From Geosiphon pyriformis uo1 (taxonomy: Eukaryota > Fungi > Glomeromycota): DNA of 64,000 nt. The stretch's first letter is position 1. Each line of letters starts with the position of its first letter. A program made the translations under genes and the position numbers. The stretch lies in the NCBI GenBank assembly GCA_016748015.1, contig JAAOMT010000659.1, positions 499,222 through 563,221 of the forward strand. The letters are read 5' to 3'. Of this stretch, positions 13,475 through 27,174 are shown piece after piece. Below the pieces are notes generated by a model. That model was given only the letters and a program-made list of their open reading frames with translations. It ran no database searches and had not been told where the DNA came from.

Positions 13475-14854
13475 TTATCTTTTTAAATAATGTTCAATTA
13501 AAACTATTAGTTCTAAATCTCATGGAATTTGTTCTGATAGAATTAAAGGTAATTGTGTTTCAATTCTGAGTGTCTTTGTTGTTATTACTGGTTTACTGTA
13601 ATAGAATTTCAGCCAGTTACCATGTGCTGCTTTTCTTAATATTTTATCATCTAGTCTTAGCTTGTATGCTCCATTTTTAAGTATTTCGTGAATATAAAAT
13701 GGTCCATCCCACTTGTGATCAAATTTTCCACTCTATTGTTTTTCCATTTTTGTATGATGCAACAATATTTTATCTCCAATTTTGTAGCTAATTATATTAT
13801 TTAGTAACTGGTTATCATGTCTCACTTTTTGTTGTTCTTGTGATTGTTTAATATTTTGTGCTGCTTTTCTTCTTTTGTTTTCTAAAGTTCCCATTAATTC
13901 ATATGTTCTTCTAAGTAGTGTTTCCTGGAATGTTGCTTCCATGATAGTATCACTTGGATAAGTTAGGATAGTAAGTTCAACTGGTAATGTGGCTTTTCTT
14001 CTATAAACTAATTCAAACAGTGTGAATTGTGTAGTATCTTGTTTTACTGTTCTATATGCTAATAATACTGCTGGTATGAACAAATCTCATTCTTTTTCAT
14101 GTTTGTTACTAATTTTTACCAGTGATTTGCATAATGTGTAATTAAATCTTTCAACTAATTTATTTGTTTGAGGGTGGTATAGTGATGACAGTGGTTGCTT
14201 GATTCCAAATTTTTGGCTAAGTTCTTTTAAGGTGCTGTTTACGAAGTGTGTGCCTTGATCTGATAGCAATTCTTGTGGACATCCATGTTGGCAAATTAAG
14301 TCTTCATGTACAAATTGAGCTACAGAAATAGCATCAGCTGTTTTAATAGGTCTAGTTTCTGGCCATTTGGTAAGATAGTCCATGGCTACTGCAATATAAC
14401 AGTTGTTTCTTGTTGTTATTGGTAAGGGTCCAACTAAATCAATTCCAATTCTGTCAAATGGCTGTCCAACTTTTATTGGTCTTAATAATTCCATTGTTTT
14501 TGCTCCTCCTCTTCATTGGCATGGGTCACAATTTTTTATGTATTGGATTATGTCTGAACTCATTTTTGGCCAATAGTAATGGCTAATTGCACATTGGATG
14601 GTTGCTGTTTTTCCAAAGTAGCCTGAATAAATATCTGAGTGCATGTTAAATAAAATAGTTTTTTTTTCATCCGTGGTTATAACTCTTAATGAATTATCTG
14701 GATTTTGTCGATTCCAGTAATAAAGTATGTGATTTTGGATAAAATAGTGTTTTGCTAATTTTTGGAGCTTAAATAGCTCTTTTACTGGCATTTCTTCATC
14801 TATTTGTAGTGTTTCCAAGTATTGGCTAAGGTTTTTGTAAAGGTGGTTGTTTAT
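13475..14854 (-). pseudogene. Integrase of B (separate ORF)
   Basis: HHCC-like zinc region (MHSD..GYFG..CDPCQ), IGIDLVGPLP, LLSDQGTHF, LVERFN, WDGPF; no chromodomain. Confidence 0.9.
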
Positions 14855-14883
14855 TGTTGTTGTGGCAGGTGGGTTGGTGATTT

Positions 14884-17800
14884 TTATGTGTGTCTCATTC
14901 TTGACAAACAGTTAGCATTAGCATTTTTGGTACCTTCTTTGTATTTGATAATATAATCATATGGTGCTAACATTTGTGACCATTTGGTGTATTTTTTTTT
15001 AGCGCTTTCTTGTTATTTAACCAGACCAGACCTCTATGATCTGTGGTAATCTCAAAGGGTTGGTACCATAAATATGTGTCAAAGTGAACACAACTCCAGA
15101 CTACTGCTAAGCATTCAAGTTTGTGTGCTGCGTAGTTTTGCTCTGTTGTACTGAAACTTCTACTGGCATAAATGATTACACATTCTCTTCCATTATCATC
15201 TTTTTGTGACAGAATGGCTCCAAGTCCAGTTCCAGAGGCATCTGTGGCCAAAATGAATTCTTGTTGAAATTTGGATAGATCATTATTGGTGATTCAATGA
15301 GCTTTTGTCTAAGGTACTCAAAAGCTTTTTGTTGTGCTTCTGTTCATTCAAACTTCACATTTTTGGATAGTAGGTAATTAAGGAGTTTGGTGATGTTTGA
15401 AAAGTTTTTTACAAAATGGTGGTAGTAAGATGTGAGTTCTAAAAAGCTTTTAACTTCTGAAATGTTTCAAGGTACTAGAAAATTTTTCACTTTGTCTATT
15501 TTTGATGGATCTGGTTTTATTCTATCTTTTTCAACTATGTGTCCTAAAAATGCTAGCTCATTTTTCCCAAAAAAACATTTTTTTAGATTTAGTTTAAGTT
15601 CAGCATGTCTCAATCTCTCAAAAACTTGTTGTAAATGTTGGAGATGATTCATGAATTTTGACGAGAAAACATTTGTATCATCCAAGTAGACAACAATAGA
15701 TTGCCACAGGATTCCAGAGTAAATTACATCCATTAATCTTTGGAATGTTGCAAGAGTATTTGTTAATCCAAATGGCATTACATTGAACTCATAATTGCCA
15801 TTTTGTGTTGTGAATGCTGTTTTATGCCTGTTCTTTGGGTCCATTTCCACTTGCCAGTACCCACTGGTCAAGTCCAGTGTAGAAAACCATTTTGCTCCTC
15901 CAAAAACATCGAAGATTTTGTCAATTAACAGTATTGAATATGAGTCTTTGGTTGTTTTGCTGTTTAATTTGCAATAGTCAATGCAAAATCTAATTTTTCC
16001 ATTCTTTTTTCTTACTAAAACAACTGGTGAAAATCATGGGCTCATTGATGGTTGTATTATTCCTTTTTCCAACATGCTTTGGACTTCTTCTCTGATAAAA
16101 TTATGCTCTATTAGTGGGACACAGTAAGCACGTTGTTTTTCAGATCTGGCGTCTCCAGTGGGGATTTGGTGTTAAACCAAGTTGGTTCTTCCAAATTCAC
16201 CATTTCATGAAAATATATCAGAGTATTTTAAAATTAATGCTTTTAATTGTCACTGTTGGTCAGAATCCATTGTTCTAATGTTTAATTTGGTTAATTTTTC
16301 TGTTGTAAATTGATAGCATTCCAACAGTTGTTGTCAATTTATTGAAGTGAGTTCACAGTAGAGAGCAATTTCTGGGAAATTTAGAATTTCTTATGGTGTT
16401 AACACATTTTCTAGCTCCGTTCTAAGGTATCCAATGATGCTATCTTCTGGAATATAGACAGGTTCTTCTGTGGTGTTTGCAATAAGAATTTTTATCCATT
16501 GAGCTTTATCAGCTGGAATAAAAAGGTTAGTAAGTTCTATAAGAAACTCTTGGCAAGTTTCTGGATAGAGCTCAAATATTAGGTCTTTTTCTTTAATTGT
16601 CCTTTTTATTCTTATTTCTGATTTTCCATATGGTAGGAATGTGATGGACTGCTCAGTTTTAATTACTTTGCCTTTTTCCTCTATTGTTTCAGTGAAATTT
16701 GCTTCAATTCCTTTTTCTGTTGATCTGAAACCAAAAGTTCCTCTCGTTGTTTGTGACAATTCCTCATGATTTTTCACTGGCACAAATTTCCCAATTTTTA
16801 CCAATGGTAGGAAAATTGCTTGTACAATCTTTTCCTTAGATTCAATGGTATAAGGCTTTTCTAAATTGTTCTATAGCAAAACCATCAAATTTCCAGTGTA
16901 TCTGGAGTCAATTACTCCTCCTTAAATACTTATTTCTTTTTTCACAAGGCTTAATCACGACACTATTTGAACCATTATTTCTGGCGGAATTTCAACTGCT
17001 ATTTTTAGGTCGATTTTGGTGATACTTCTAGGTGGTAACATTGTGGATTGGTCTTCCAGATAACATAGATTGAATCCAGTATCAGTTAGATAGGCTTTTT
17101 TGGGTATTATTTCTAAGTGCCCATTGTTAAAGTATTGGATGTTGATTACCTGTTCTAGGTTGGTATAGGCTACAAATTTTTCTGACTCGGAACTGTTAGG
17201 TGAGTCTTGTTAATTTATTGATTGATTTTGAGACTGCTAATTCTCAATTTCCATTTTTCTTTCTAAGTCTCTTTCATCTCAACACTCTTTACAGCACTGA
17301 TTTTGGCATGAGATAAGACAGTTTTCACAGAGGTAAGTGTTGATTTGGGCGAGGTATTGTTCTTGCTCTTGTCAAGTAGAGCATAGTTGTTGGTAGTAGT
17401 TCTGGAATTTGTTCACTGGGTCAAACATGTTGTAGCTAGCAACTTTATCAGCTACTTTGGCTGACTCTTTCCAGCATCATATTTCTTCAGCAGTTTCTCC
17501 TCTTACTTTGGCTTGTGTAGTGTTGTACAACTTGTTCTTATCATGTAGATAGTACTATAGTTTTTTTAATGCTCTGTTGAATGCTGCTTCGAATGGTGTT
17601 CCTCCTCTTATTCAGTCACAGATAAGGATCGTGTATTGGCAAGTTGTGTCACACATTTCTCCTCTGTCTGGTATGTCATTCCAGTCACACCCTCTTGGTA
17701 ACAGTTCTCCACAAGTGAGGCATGGTTCCTCGTCCCATTTTCCGTGTCTTTTTGGGTAACCATATTTTTCTTTGTTACAATGATTACAATAATAGTGGGT

Positions 17801-20600
17801 GGGGTTTTTTGGGTTTTTGTCCAGTGCACTGCATGCAGTCATAAATGAGAGTTTTTTCTTGTAAACCAAGCATTCTAGCTTTGGTTTGTGTCACTGGTTT
17901 CTTCATAGACTTATCTGGTTCTATTCGGATCTTTCTTTGCTGATCCACATTGGTATGGCTGGTAGTCCTGTTTTTTGGTCATCAGTCCAAGAGAGCTAAT
18001 AGGTTTCGATGGCTGGTAGTGCTGAATTTTCCTTAAATTTGAAGATAAGTCTTTGGTTGGTGCTGGGTTTTTGGAAGTGGCCACAGGTGGCTGGAATTCT
18101 GGCCTGGTGGCCATTATAATTGATCAGAAGCTTTTGGGTGGTCCAGTCTAGGGTAACGTTGGCTTTTATTAGCCAGTCATTTCTTACTAATGCTTAATAT
18201 TGTGTAGTGTCCATTATTAATACTTTTGTAGGTATTACTATGTTATTAATTTCAAAAAAAAATGAGTTGATTTCACCATGAGACAGCTTTATACTTCCAT
18301 CGGCTGTTATGATTTGGGACGTTGTGGCATGATCAACTTTGAAACCTAGTTGGTTTACTAGTTGAAACATTATGATGCTTCTAGTGGATCCGCTGTCTAA
18401 GATAAGTTTGATTGGGGTATTGTTTACAGTGGTTTCTGTATATATAGCAGTGATTAGGCATTTTTTGTCCAATGCTGCTCCACTGAACATAGCCTCGTTT
18501 TCCTCTAATTCAAAAAGAAAAATAGCTGCAAGACTGCTATTTTTGGTGGCAACTGCTGGTGGTATTGTCTGGCTCAATTTGTTGGAGGAATTTTTGGTTC
18601 TGTTTATGTTTCTACTGTCATTGTTTCCGATGATTAGATTTTTCAGTATATTAAGATAAGTTTGTTGATAATTTTGGTAGTTTGAATTGGTTTGCTGATT
18701 GGTTCTGGCATGGTTTGGATTCCTCTGGACAATACATTCTGGTTCCACATGGGCTGATTTTGGGCCTCGAGATGCCAATTTGGGTTGGCTATCATGGACT
18801 GTTGCTGGTAAGCTCCTTGATTTTGATACGTGGTAAAATATTGGTGTGATATTAGCATGTACTGGTTTCTGGGCATTTGGGGTGGTGCGTAGTAATTATT
18901 TTTGTGTGCTTCTTGCATCATTTGCATTTGACATTAACTAATCAAATGTCCTACATGTTTGCAAAAATGGCAGGTGCACATTTCTGTTCTAAATTCTTGG
19001 CGCAATGACCAATTATTTCAACTATCGCTGATTTCCTGGCTGCGTCTTTGGAGTGGTTAGTAGGTATTTCTTCTCAGATCCGAGATGAGGTAACTTTCTA
19101 TTTTTTTAGAGAGTTCCTCCCCTAATTGCATTACTCTTTTCTTTAATGTTTCTGTCTTATTTTCCTCCATTACCATGTTAACCATTTGACTATGGTTAGC
19201 TTCTTTCTCAGCCGATTCAAGAGCTCTGGTAAGCATAATGGCTTCTGGTAAGAAATTAGGGTGGGCAGGGCATACTCTTCCTAAAATGCTGCTTTTTAAT
19301 CCTCTAATAAACTGATTTAAAATCTGAGGATCAGTGTAGTATCCTTGTTTAATTGCTTCAATCTGATGGCAAATTCGATTGAATTGAGCAAGATATTGGG
19401 TAACAGTTTTACTGGTATTTTGCTTAATAGTATTGAATTTGTTTTGTAGTTGAATTATGGCGTTTGGGTCACTAAAATACTTCAGGAGTGCATTTTTAAA
19501 TTCGGTGAAGCTCGTGGGTTTTGTTTCTAGGCTTTAATATCACAAGTCGGCTGTGCCTTTTAAGAAGAAAGGTAATGTTTGAATTGCTCTTTGGTCATTC
19601 CAGTTATTTGTCTGGATGGCTTTTTGTGCTTCTCTGAGCCACGTGTGCATGTCTGTTTCTTCTTCCTCTCTTGAGAAATCTGTTAGTCTTACAATGTATG
19701 GTGTGGCCATTTTGTTGCCATTTTCTGCTGGTGGGCTTATTGGTCTAAGAGGAGGTGGGATAATATTTCTTTGAGTGTTCCTAAAGGTGGCTTCCCTTAT
19801 ATTCAGTTCTTCCTTTTGATCATGAGTTTCTTGGTTTCTGAACTGGCTGCTTGTTTCAGTGACTGGTTTTGTGATTGTTTTTTCACTGGTCTTTTTTTTG
19901 GATTCTGATTCAGACTTCTCTTCACAGTTTTCAAACCCTGTTCTGAATTTTGGCTGAAAAAAAGGGTTTTAGAATAGTAATGAATATCCTCCTGTAATTG
20001 GTATGTCTCCCCAGTTACATTGTTTAATTTTATCAGTATAACTAGGAGTTCTTGGAGTTTGTGGAGTTGATGTTGATGATGATGCAGCTTCTAATGGAAT
20101 TTGTATCTTATTTTCTGGTGAAAAATAGTATGATTTATCTTCTGGTAAATAAATACGTTGTTTTTTTATTGATTAAGTGACAGTTTTATTTGGTGTTTGA
20201 GCAGGTGTTCCTAGTTTTTGCTGGTTACTTTCCTGATTAGTTTCTAAATTTTTTTTGGTTTTGTTGGCGCATTCCCTAGTGTTTTCTGTGGATATTAAAA
20301 AATTTTTGTTGGTGTATTGCTCAATTTCTCAATGGATTTTGACAATAGTTGTGGCTATTACTGCTACTTTTTTTGTAGTGTATTGTGATAATTCTCTATA
20401 CAATCCAAGTTTTGCATCATGTGGTTCTTCTTCCTTTCCTATATGATAATTTATTCTGGCATTAATATAATAAGTGAGAGCAGATTTTGCTGAACAACAC
20501 CCTTCTGGTAATCCAAGATCACTTTAATTTTGTGTGTAAATAGCACGGCAGAATTCAAGAATAGTAAGATTAAGGGTTTTTGTCATCACTTTTGTCTTTT
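14884..20600 (-). pseudogene. gag-PR-Cys-rich-dUTPase-RT-RNaseH polyprotein of B
   Basis: MATPYIVRL gag (~19711); CHFCKHVGHLIS.C knuckle (~18930-18975); LILDSGS protease; CxxC cluster 17280-17880; dUTPase 16700-17150; YLDD RT; ATDASG RNase H; stop at 14884-14886. Confidence 0.9.
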
Positions 20601-20652
20601 CCTTTTTAGTAATAAATTATTGCTAATTATTATTTCTTTTTTGATTTTTTTT

Positions 20653-20669
20653 CCTCATAGGGTTCACCA
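20653..20669 (-). promoter_or_regulatory. Primer-binding site of element B
   Basis: TGGTGAACCCTATGAGG, 2 nt inside the 5' LTR end; complementary to a tRNA ending ...GGGUUCACCA (tRNA-Trp-like, unverified). Confidence 0.75.
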
Positions 20670-20671
20670 AA

Positions 20672-21545
20672 TGTTACAGGATGGTTTTCTTGTTATATTT
20701 AATTGCCAATATCCCATTTTAATTGCAATCAGTTTTTCGTAAGTTCCTCAATTCTATTTGTGTAATAATGTCACTGTTATATTGAAAACTTTCTTTTTAA
20801 TGTCGCGATGTAAATTATTTTTCAATTTTTGATTGTTGTGTGTGTTTATGTACTCCTTCTCAGAGGCTGAACTGAAATCTATCCACTGTCTGGGATCTTC
20901 TCAGAGGCTATCCTTGCAATTGCCTAATGTGTTTCTCTAATCTAGAAACACAGAATGTTAATGGCCTTTAGTGCTTTTCCTAATTCTTACAATAAAGCTT
21001 TTATCAATTAGTAACAATGTGAATAATCTTGATCAAGAATTATTCTTTCAAGAGATTCAGTTAATGAATGATAGTTTTATTCAATAAATAATATAAGTAA
21101 GTTTTTTAATACTTTGGGTTGTGATAATTCAGTTTTAAATATTCTTTTTTATTTCTTTTTGATTTAAAGGTTTTTTGGGATATTTAATTTGAAAGTATGA
21201 TTTAAAGTAGAGTTTGTTGGATAAAATTGGATCTATTGCTTGATAAATTATGATTTTTATTACTTGATTCTCTTTTCTCAATATTAAAGCTACTGTATAT
21301 ATACATGTTTGTAGTTCTATAAAAAAACACATTGTAATACTTTCTTTTTGATATTTCAACTTGGTATTTGCTGCTATCACCAGTTGGTGTTGGCTGTTAT
21401 TGTGAACTGGTACTTGCCACTATTGCGAGATGGTGTTTGCTACTATGTTAATCATTACCTTTCTAAGATTATTATTGCACTATATTATAATTGAATAGTT
21501 TATGTTATTTTTATGATTCTTTTGCTAAATTCTTAAACCATAACA
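20672..21545 (-). repeat. 5' LTR of B
   Basis: Direct repeat of 11835-12708, adjacent to the PBS. Confidence 0.95.
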
Positions 21546-22054
21546 CCAGTATCTGTTTTCCAAGTCTAAAATTGAAAAGAACTTGGCTTTTTTCAGAGCA
21601 TTTAACATGTTGTCAATTCTTAGTAATAGGTGAATATCTCCAATTATAACACTATTTAGTTGTCAATAGTCTATACAAAATCTGATTTTGTTATTTTTTT
21701 TTTAATAAGAATTACTGGTAAGACCCAAAGGCTTTTTAATAGTTGTATTAGTCTATTGTTGAACATTTACTAAATCTCTTCTCTAATAAATTGGTGATTG
21801 GCAGGTAGAACTTAATAAGCTTGTTGCTGTTTTGATAAAGCATTTTTTGTATAAATTTGATGTTAAACAATATTAATTTTTCCCAAATCATTGTTGTTTT
21901 TTACAAATATATTAGCATATTCAGCAATTAACTGTTTTAGTTGTCTTTGTTATTAGGGTTCTAAGAGATCCATGTTGATTCAAAAGAGTTTTTCTTCTAA
22001 AATGTGGTAGTTTTTAGTAATAAAAATAATGTTTGGATTTAAGAGTAGGATATG

Positions 22055-23017
22055 TGTTACTGAAAGTTTTTGGTTTCTTTTCTTGAATGTTATTAATGTT
22101 GATCTGCTGTAAATTCACGTTTTCAGAAAGTAATTAGACCTCCAGTAACTGAATTTATCTTCAAATTATTTCCTATAATTTGAACTGCTGAGCTTATAAG
22201 TGGAATGGCCAATTTTGTGCCAATTGTTTTGTGTAGTTATATTGTAGTAAATGTCAACTCTTTTTTAGGAATTGTTCATCTGGAAGCTCACTAAAAATGT
22301 GTAGTTACTTTGCTGTAAAAGTCAACTCTTCTACAGGAATCTTGTCTGTAGGCTATCCTAATAATTATGATAAGAAAAGAAAAATAAAAGAAATATAAAA
22401 GAAATAGAATTGTATTAAGGGAAACGTTTTCTATCTAGGCCTGAAGTTACTAACAGATTACTGAAATTGGTAGCTAATTAATTTCAAAACGTTAGTTTGT
22501 GTTGAGGGAATTTCAAGTATAATAATCAAAGGATTTGGTTTTGAATATTTAATTTTTATTTAAGATATGTAAAAAGTAATTTGTTCCAATTAAGATATCT
22601 AAAGTAAGATACTATGATAAAATACTATAAGAAAATACATTTTCTTAAAGAGAGAAGCTTTTCTTTTATACAACTTGTTGTAGTACTAGTCTTTGAACTT
22701 GTACTTTTCTCTTTGCTACAATTTGGGTAAATTAAAGATACATTTCGGCAAACTACAAGTTATTTCACTGAACTATTGATTATTTCGGCCAATTTCCATT
22801 AATTTCGGCGAATTTTGACTATGTTAAATGGTTCAGAATATTGTGTAATTTGATCATCTTAATTTCTAGAATACAAATCGGATTATTGATTGAGTAATAA
22901 TATTTGATAATTTGATTGAATCATAAGTAATAGTTAAAATAATAATATATGCTAATTAATAATAGGAATTATGAGGGTAATTTCATGCTAATTAATAGCT
23001 AAATTTTATTGGTAACA
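22055..23017 (-). repeat. Solo LTR of family A inserted in A1 pol
   Basis: TGTTAC...GGTAACA, homologous to A LTRs, no adjacent PBS or PPT, flanked by ATATG/GTATG. Confidence 0.9.
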
Positions 23018-26000
23018 GTATGTTTTACAATTTCAATAAAATTAGAGACAATCTGAGAGGTTTTATTCTAAAAAATATTATTATGTATGATTCCAATTTC
23101 TATTTTATTTAATAAAATAATGGGGTAATTGTTAGAATTGTAAAAAATAACTCGAAATTTCTTCATTCTTTTTGGAATATAAACATTTGGTATTAAGATT
23201 TTATGCTTTAAACAGATTTGTTTATTGAATTCAAAGATTTGTTGGGTGATAGTAGACTTTGGACAAGTGTAGATTTTGTAATGTTCTCCAAAAGATAAAA
23301 TGGTACTTGGTTAGAAAAGTCAAAGAATTTGGTAAGATTCATTTTGTATATTAAGAGTCATGTTTATTAAAACTGTAAATTGTCTAGTTAAATCAAAATT
23401 TTGAGTTCCTCTTTCACTTTTTCTTAATTGTTCTCTGTTGTTGACTAATTATAAACTCAAAATGTTAATTAAGAATAGAAAAATTGCTTGAACAAGTTTT
23501 TTAGTATGCTTAATTTTAAATGATTTATTAATTTCATTTTGTAGTAGGATTATAATGTTTCCTGTATATTTTGCATCTATAATTTCTTCTTTAATGTTGA
23601 TTTTTTTGCTTGCCAATGATAATTGAGAAGCAATTTAAACTATTGCTTTTGGTGAGATTTCAAGAGCAATTTTTAGGTTGATTTTTATTAGGAATTTTAG
23701 TTAAAGAACCAAAATGTTTTTTCTTAGATATTGTAAATCATATTCAACATTGATTTGATGGGTTTTTTTTGGCTTGATTTCTTGTCTATTGTTGTCAAAG
23801 TATTGAAGTTGTATGACAAGTTAGTTTTTAGTGAGATAAATCAAAGTTGTTGTAATTTTTTTTTTGGTTCAGATTTTCCAAATTCGATTTTGTATTTATT
23901 ATTTTTACTGAACAAGAGAATGCTAATTGCATAGTATTCTGAACACTATTAGTTATTACAAGCATGGTATATTCTTTATATAATTGAATGTTCATTTGTT
24001 TTAATTGTTAAATTTGAGCTTTTTTGGTTAAGTAGACATAATTTGTAATTTGATGGTATGTTTTTATTTTATTTTTATAATCTAATTCAGCTAATTCTAT
24101 TATATACTCAATATACTCTGCTTTTTTTATTTGGCATATATCTTCTTGAATTTTTTTATTGATTAAAACTATGACCAATTTGTAAATTATTTTGGCATTA
24201 TATGAATAATAGTAGAATTTGTTGAGAGCACTGTTGTATGTTGTATTAAAAAAGATTCTTTTTTTTACTTTCTTACCAATTAAAAGTACATATTAACAGA
24301 TTTTATCACAAACTCCTTCTCTTATTGTAATATTAATTCAGTTGTATTCTTTAAGTAGTATTTCTCCACATATGAGACAAAAAGTGTTGTTTTATTTTTT
24401 ATTTTATTTGGAATATCCAAATTATTTTTTATGGCATGCTTTGCAAAAATAACAGATGCATGTTTCATATTCCTCTTTTGGGAATATATATGTTTCCATC
24501 AATAAAAGTTTTTTATTGTAATCTTTACACTTAAGTAAGATATAAAGTGATTGTTTTTATAGTTCTGTGTAAAATATTAAACAACATTTTATTTTCTGGT
24601 TTTTTCAAAAATTTCTTGTTCTATTTCCTTGGTCCAATTAGATGTTAATCCAAAAGCCATGTATGTTTCAATAATTGGCATTTTTTTCTTTTTTTCAAAT
24701 TCAAACACCAGGGCTTTTTCAGATTGTTTGTTAAAAGTACTATATATAACAGGTATTTGGATATATTGTTCTTGGTATGAAATCTTTAATTCTTGTGTTT
24801 TTTAGTTTAAGTTTGTATTGGCTTTAAAAAGTTAATTATTTCTAACAAAAACTTAATATTAGGGTGCATCTATAACAAAAACTTTAATTAGAATAGTGAT
24901 TTCATCAATTGTGAAGAGAAAATTGTTGATTTCTTCTATTAGAGTCTTTTTTATATTATTTACAATAACAATAACTGTCTAGGCAGATTTGACAACAGTT
25001 TGTTGAAGCTGTTATATTAGTTGGTAGGTAATAATACTACTAGTGAATTCACTGTTTAAGATTAATCAAATTGGTTTTCCTTTGACTTTAGCTTCAGTAT
25101 ATATTGCTGTAATTGCTTTTTGCTTATTTATTGCTGTATTACTAAGTAGAGATGGTAATTTATTGGCTTTGAATTCAAATGAAAATATATCTGAAAGGTT
25201 GGCATTTTGGGTGATTTGGACTAATAGAATGGTATTGTTAGAAAAGTTTAATCTTAGTGCTGCAGCTTTATCTTTAAAAAATACAGTTTGTTAAAAATCC
25301 AATTCTTTAGATATTGTTAAATAACTAGATTGAGTGTAGTAGTGATTAGGTCTTTGCTGACCAGAATTTTGAAGAACCAACTGGTTGTTTGAATTGATTT
25401 TGTTATTGTTACTCTAAAAGCAATTTTAAGATGTGAATTGGTTTTGTTGAATTAATCTTTGAGTAAATATTTGGTATTATTAAACAGATAGTTGTTGATA
25501 CTATTGGTAAGTGAGTTGTAAAACAGATTGATAGTAATTATTTTGGTATTAGGATCTTAATAAATAATAAGCTGGTGGTAAAAATTGATAATAAAATTGC
25601 TAAAGTTAGAAATAATGTTAATTATTCTTTTGCTGTTGGTTTCTTTGCATTTTTTAGCAATTTCATTTTCAATGTCCTGGAATTTTACAATAATGGCAGT
25701 TCTGAGGTTGATTATTAAATAATAATAATAAAAAACTGCTTTGGTTTCATTGTTGTAAAAATTGATATCTTTGTGGTTGCTGCTGTTGTTGTTAATTGGT
25801 AAAATAGTTTTTAACTTTCTTGGTGAGTTGGTTGATTTTTTTTTCAGCTGTTGAGCTAGTTTTTCCAATTGCAAAATTCACAAATTTTGTTTAGTTGGCT
25901 TTTTTCATAGCCATTTCATTATTTTTTGCATGTCAAATAGCAGTAGTTAAGTCTTCTAAAGTATGTGGACAAACTTTTTTAATTAATTTATCTTTTAATC

Positions 26001-27174
26001 TTGCAATAAACTAATCCAAAATCTGGGTATTAGAATAGTAATTATTTGTTTCTAATTGTTAAATTTGTCAGAAAAGTTTGTTGAACCTCCCAAGATAGAT
26101 TATAATAGTTTCAAATAATTCTTGTTTGATGTTTTGAAATTGGTTTTAGAGTGTGATAGATGTGTTGTTGTCAGTAAATTGTTTTAAGAAAGAATTTTTA
26201 AATGCTTGCTGGTTTTCAAAAAGATTATTTAAGTTTTCAAACCATTTGTTTGTAGTTTTTTAAAGAAAATAAGGAATAATTTTAAGCATTCTTGTAGCAT
26301 TTTATCTGTTTGTATTTTCTGCTTTCTGGACTTTGTTAAGCCATTTTTGTGGGCTAGTGTCAGCATTTTTTCTTGTGAACTCAGTAATTTTTATAATATA
26401 GCTGGTTGCCATTTCTTTGCTGTTTTTGTTTTTAGTGGTTTTTTCTTCTGTAAATTTGAAAGTGTCTTTACTGTTATCAGAATGATTGCTCTGGTTTTTG
26501 GCTAGGAAATCAAAAAGATTGATACTGATAAATATGGATTCTGGTTGTTAAATAGAACTTTTTGGTAATGTGAAATCTTTTGGTCTTGAAAATCAGATAA
26601 GAAGTGAATTGGGAGTTTGCAATTGAGCAAGTAAAATTAAAAATAATGTAATAGAAAGTGGTAATTTAATACTGGTTTTTTGTTTGGGTGTTTGCAAGTG
26701 TTTGGCAGTTGTTTTTAGTGTATTGTAAATTGTATAGCTAACTTAAAGTGTTTTCTTCTTTTGTTTTCTATTGTTGCTATTTTCTGGTTCTGATTTAAAG
26801 TCAAGAGAGTATTTGGACTGTACTGGGTACTTTTTTTCACAATACTAAATAATATTAAAGTTGAGTTTTTGGAAGTAGGTGTTAAGTATTTTACTGTTAA
26901 AATCTTCAGTTCTCAAGTGAAAATAGTACAATAAACTTTTGTAAAAGTTGCTTTTAACTTTGAAAATATTGTAGTTTCCAAAAAAATAATTGTTAATATG
27001 ATTCTTAATGTATTGGTATATTAATTTCTTGAAAATTTCAATTTCATTTTAAATGTTGAATCTTTATTTGTAGTGAATGTAAATTAATTGATAATACTCT
27101 AGAATTGTTGTGTCAGTTGTGGTTATCACTTTGAAGTTGTTGTTGCTGTATTATTTTTGTAAAAGAGTACCAAA

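Larger units (their letters stand above)
11835..21545 (-). mobile_element. Full-length Ty3/Gypsy element B inserted in the A1 RT
   Basis: 874-bp LTRs at 11835-12708 and 20672-21545 (TGTTA..TAACA); 4-bp TSD TCAG/CCAG; PBS TGGTGAACCCTATGAGG; PPT GAAAGGAGGAGA; all Gypsy domains present. Confidence 0.95.
10912..27170 (-). pseudogene. gag-PR-Cys-rich-dUTPase-RT-RNaseH polyprotein of A1 (interrupted at 11835-21545 and 22055-23017)
   Basis: gag MATSYI ~26412; protease LILNSE ~25040; Cys-rich segment ~23900-24540; dUTPase ~23400-23790; RT and RNase H at 21546-22050 and 10912-11834. Confidence 0.85.
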
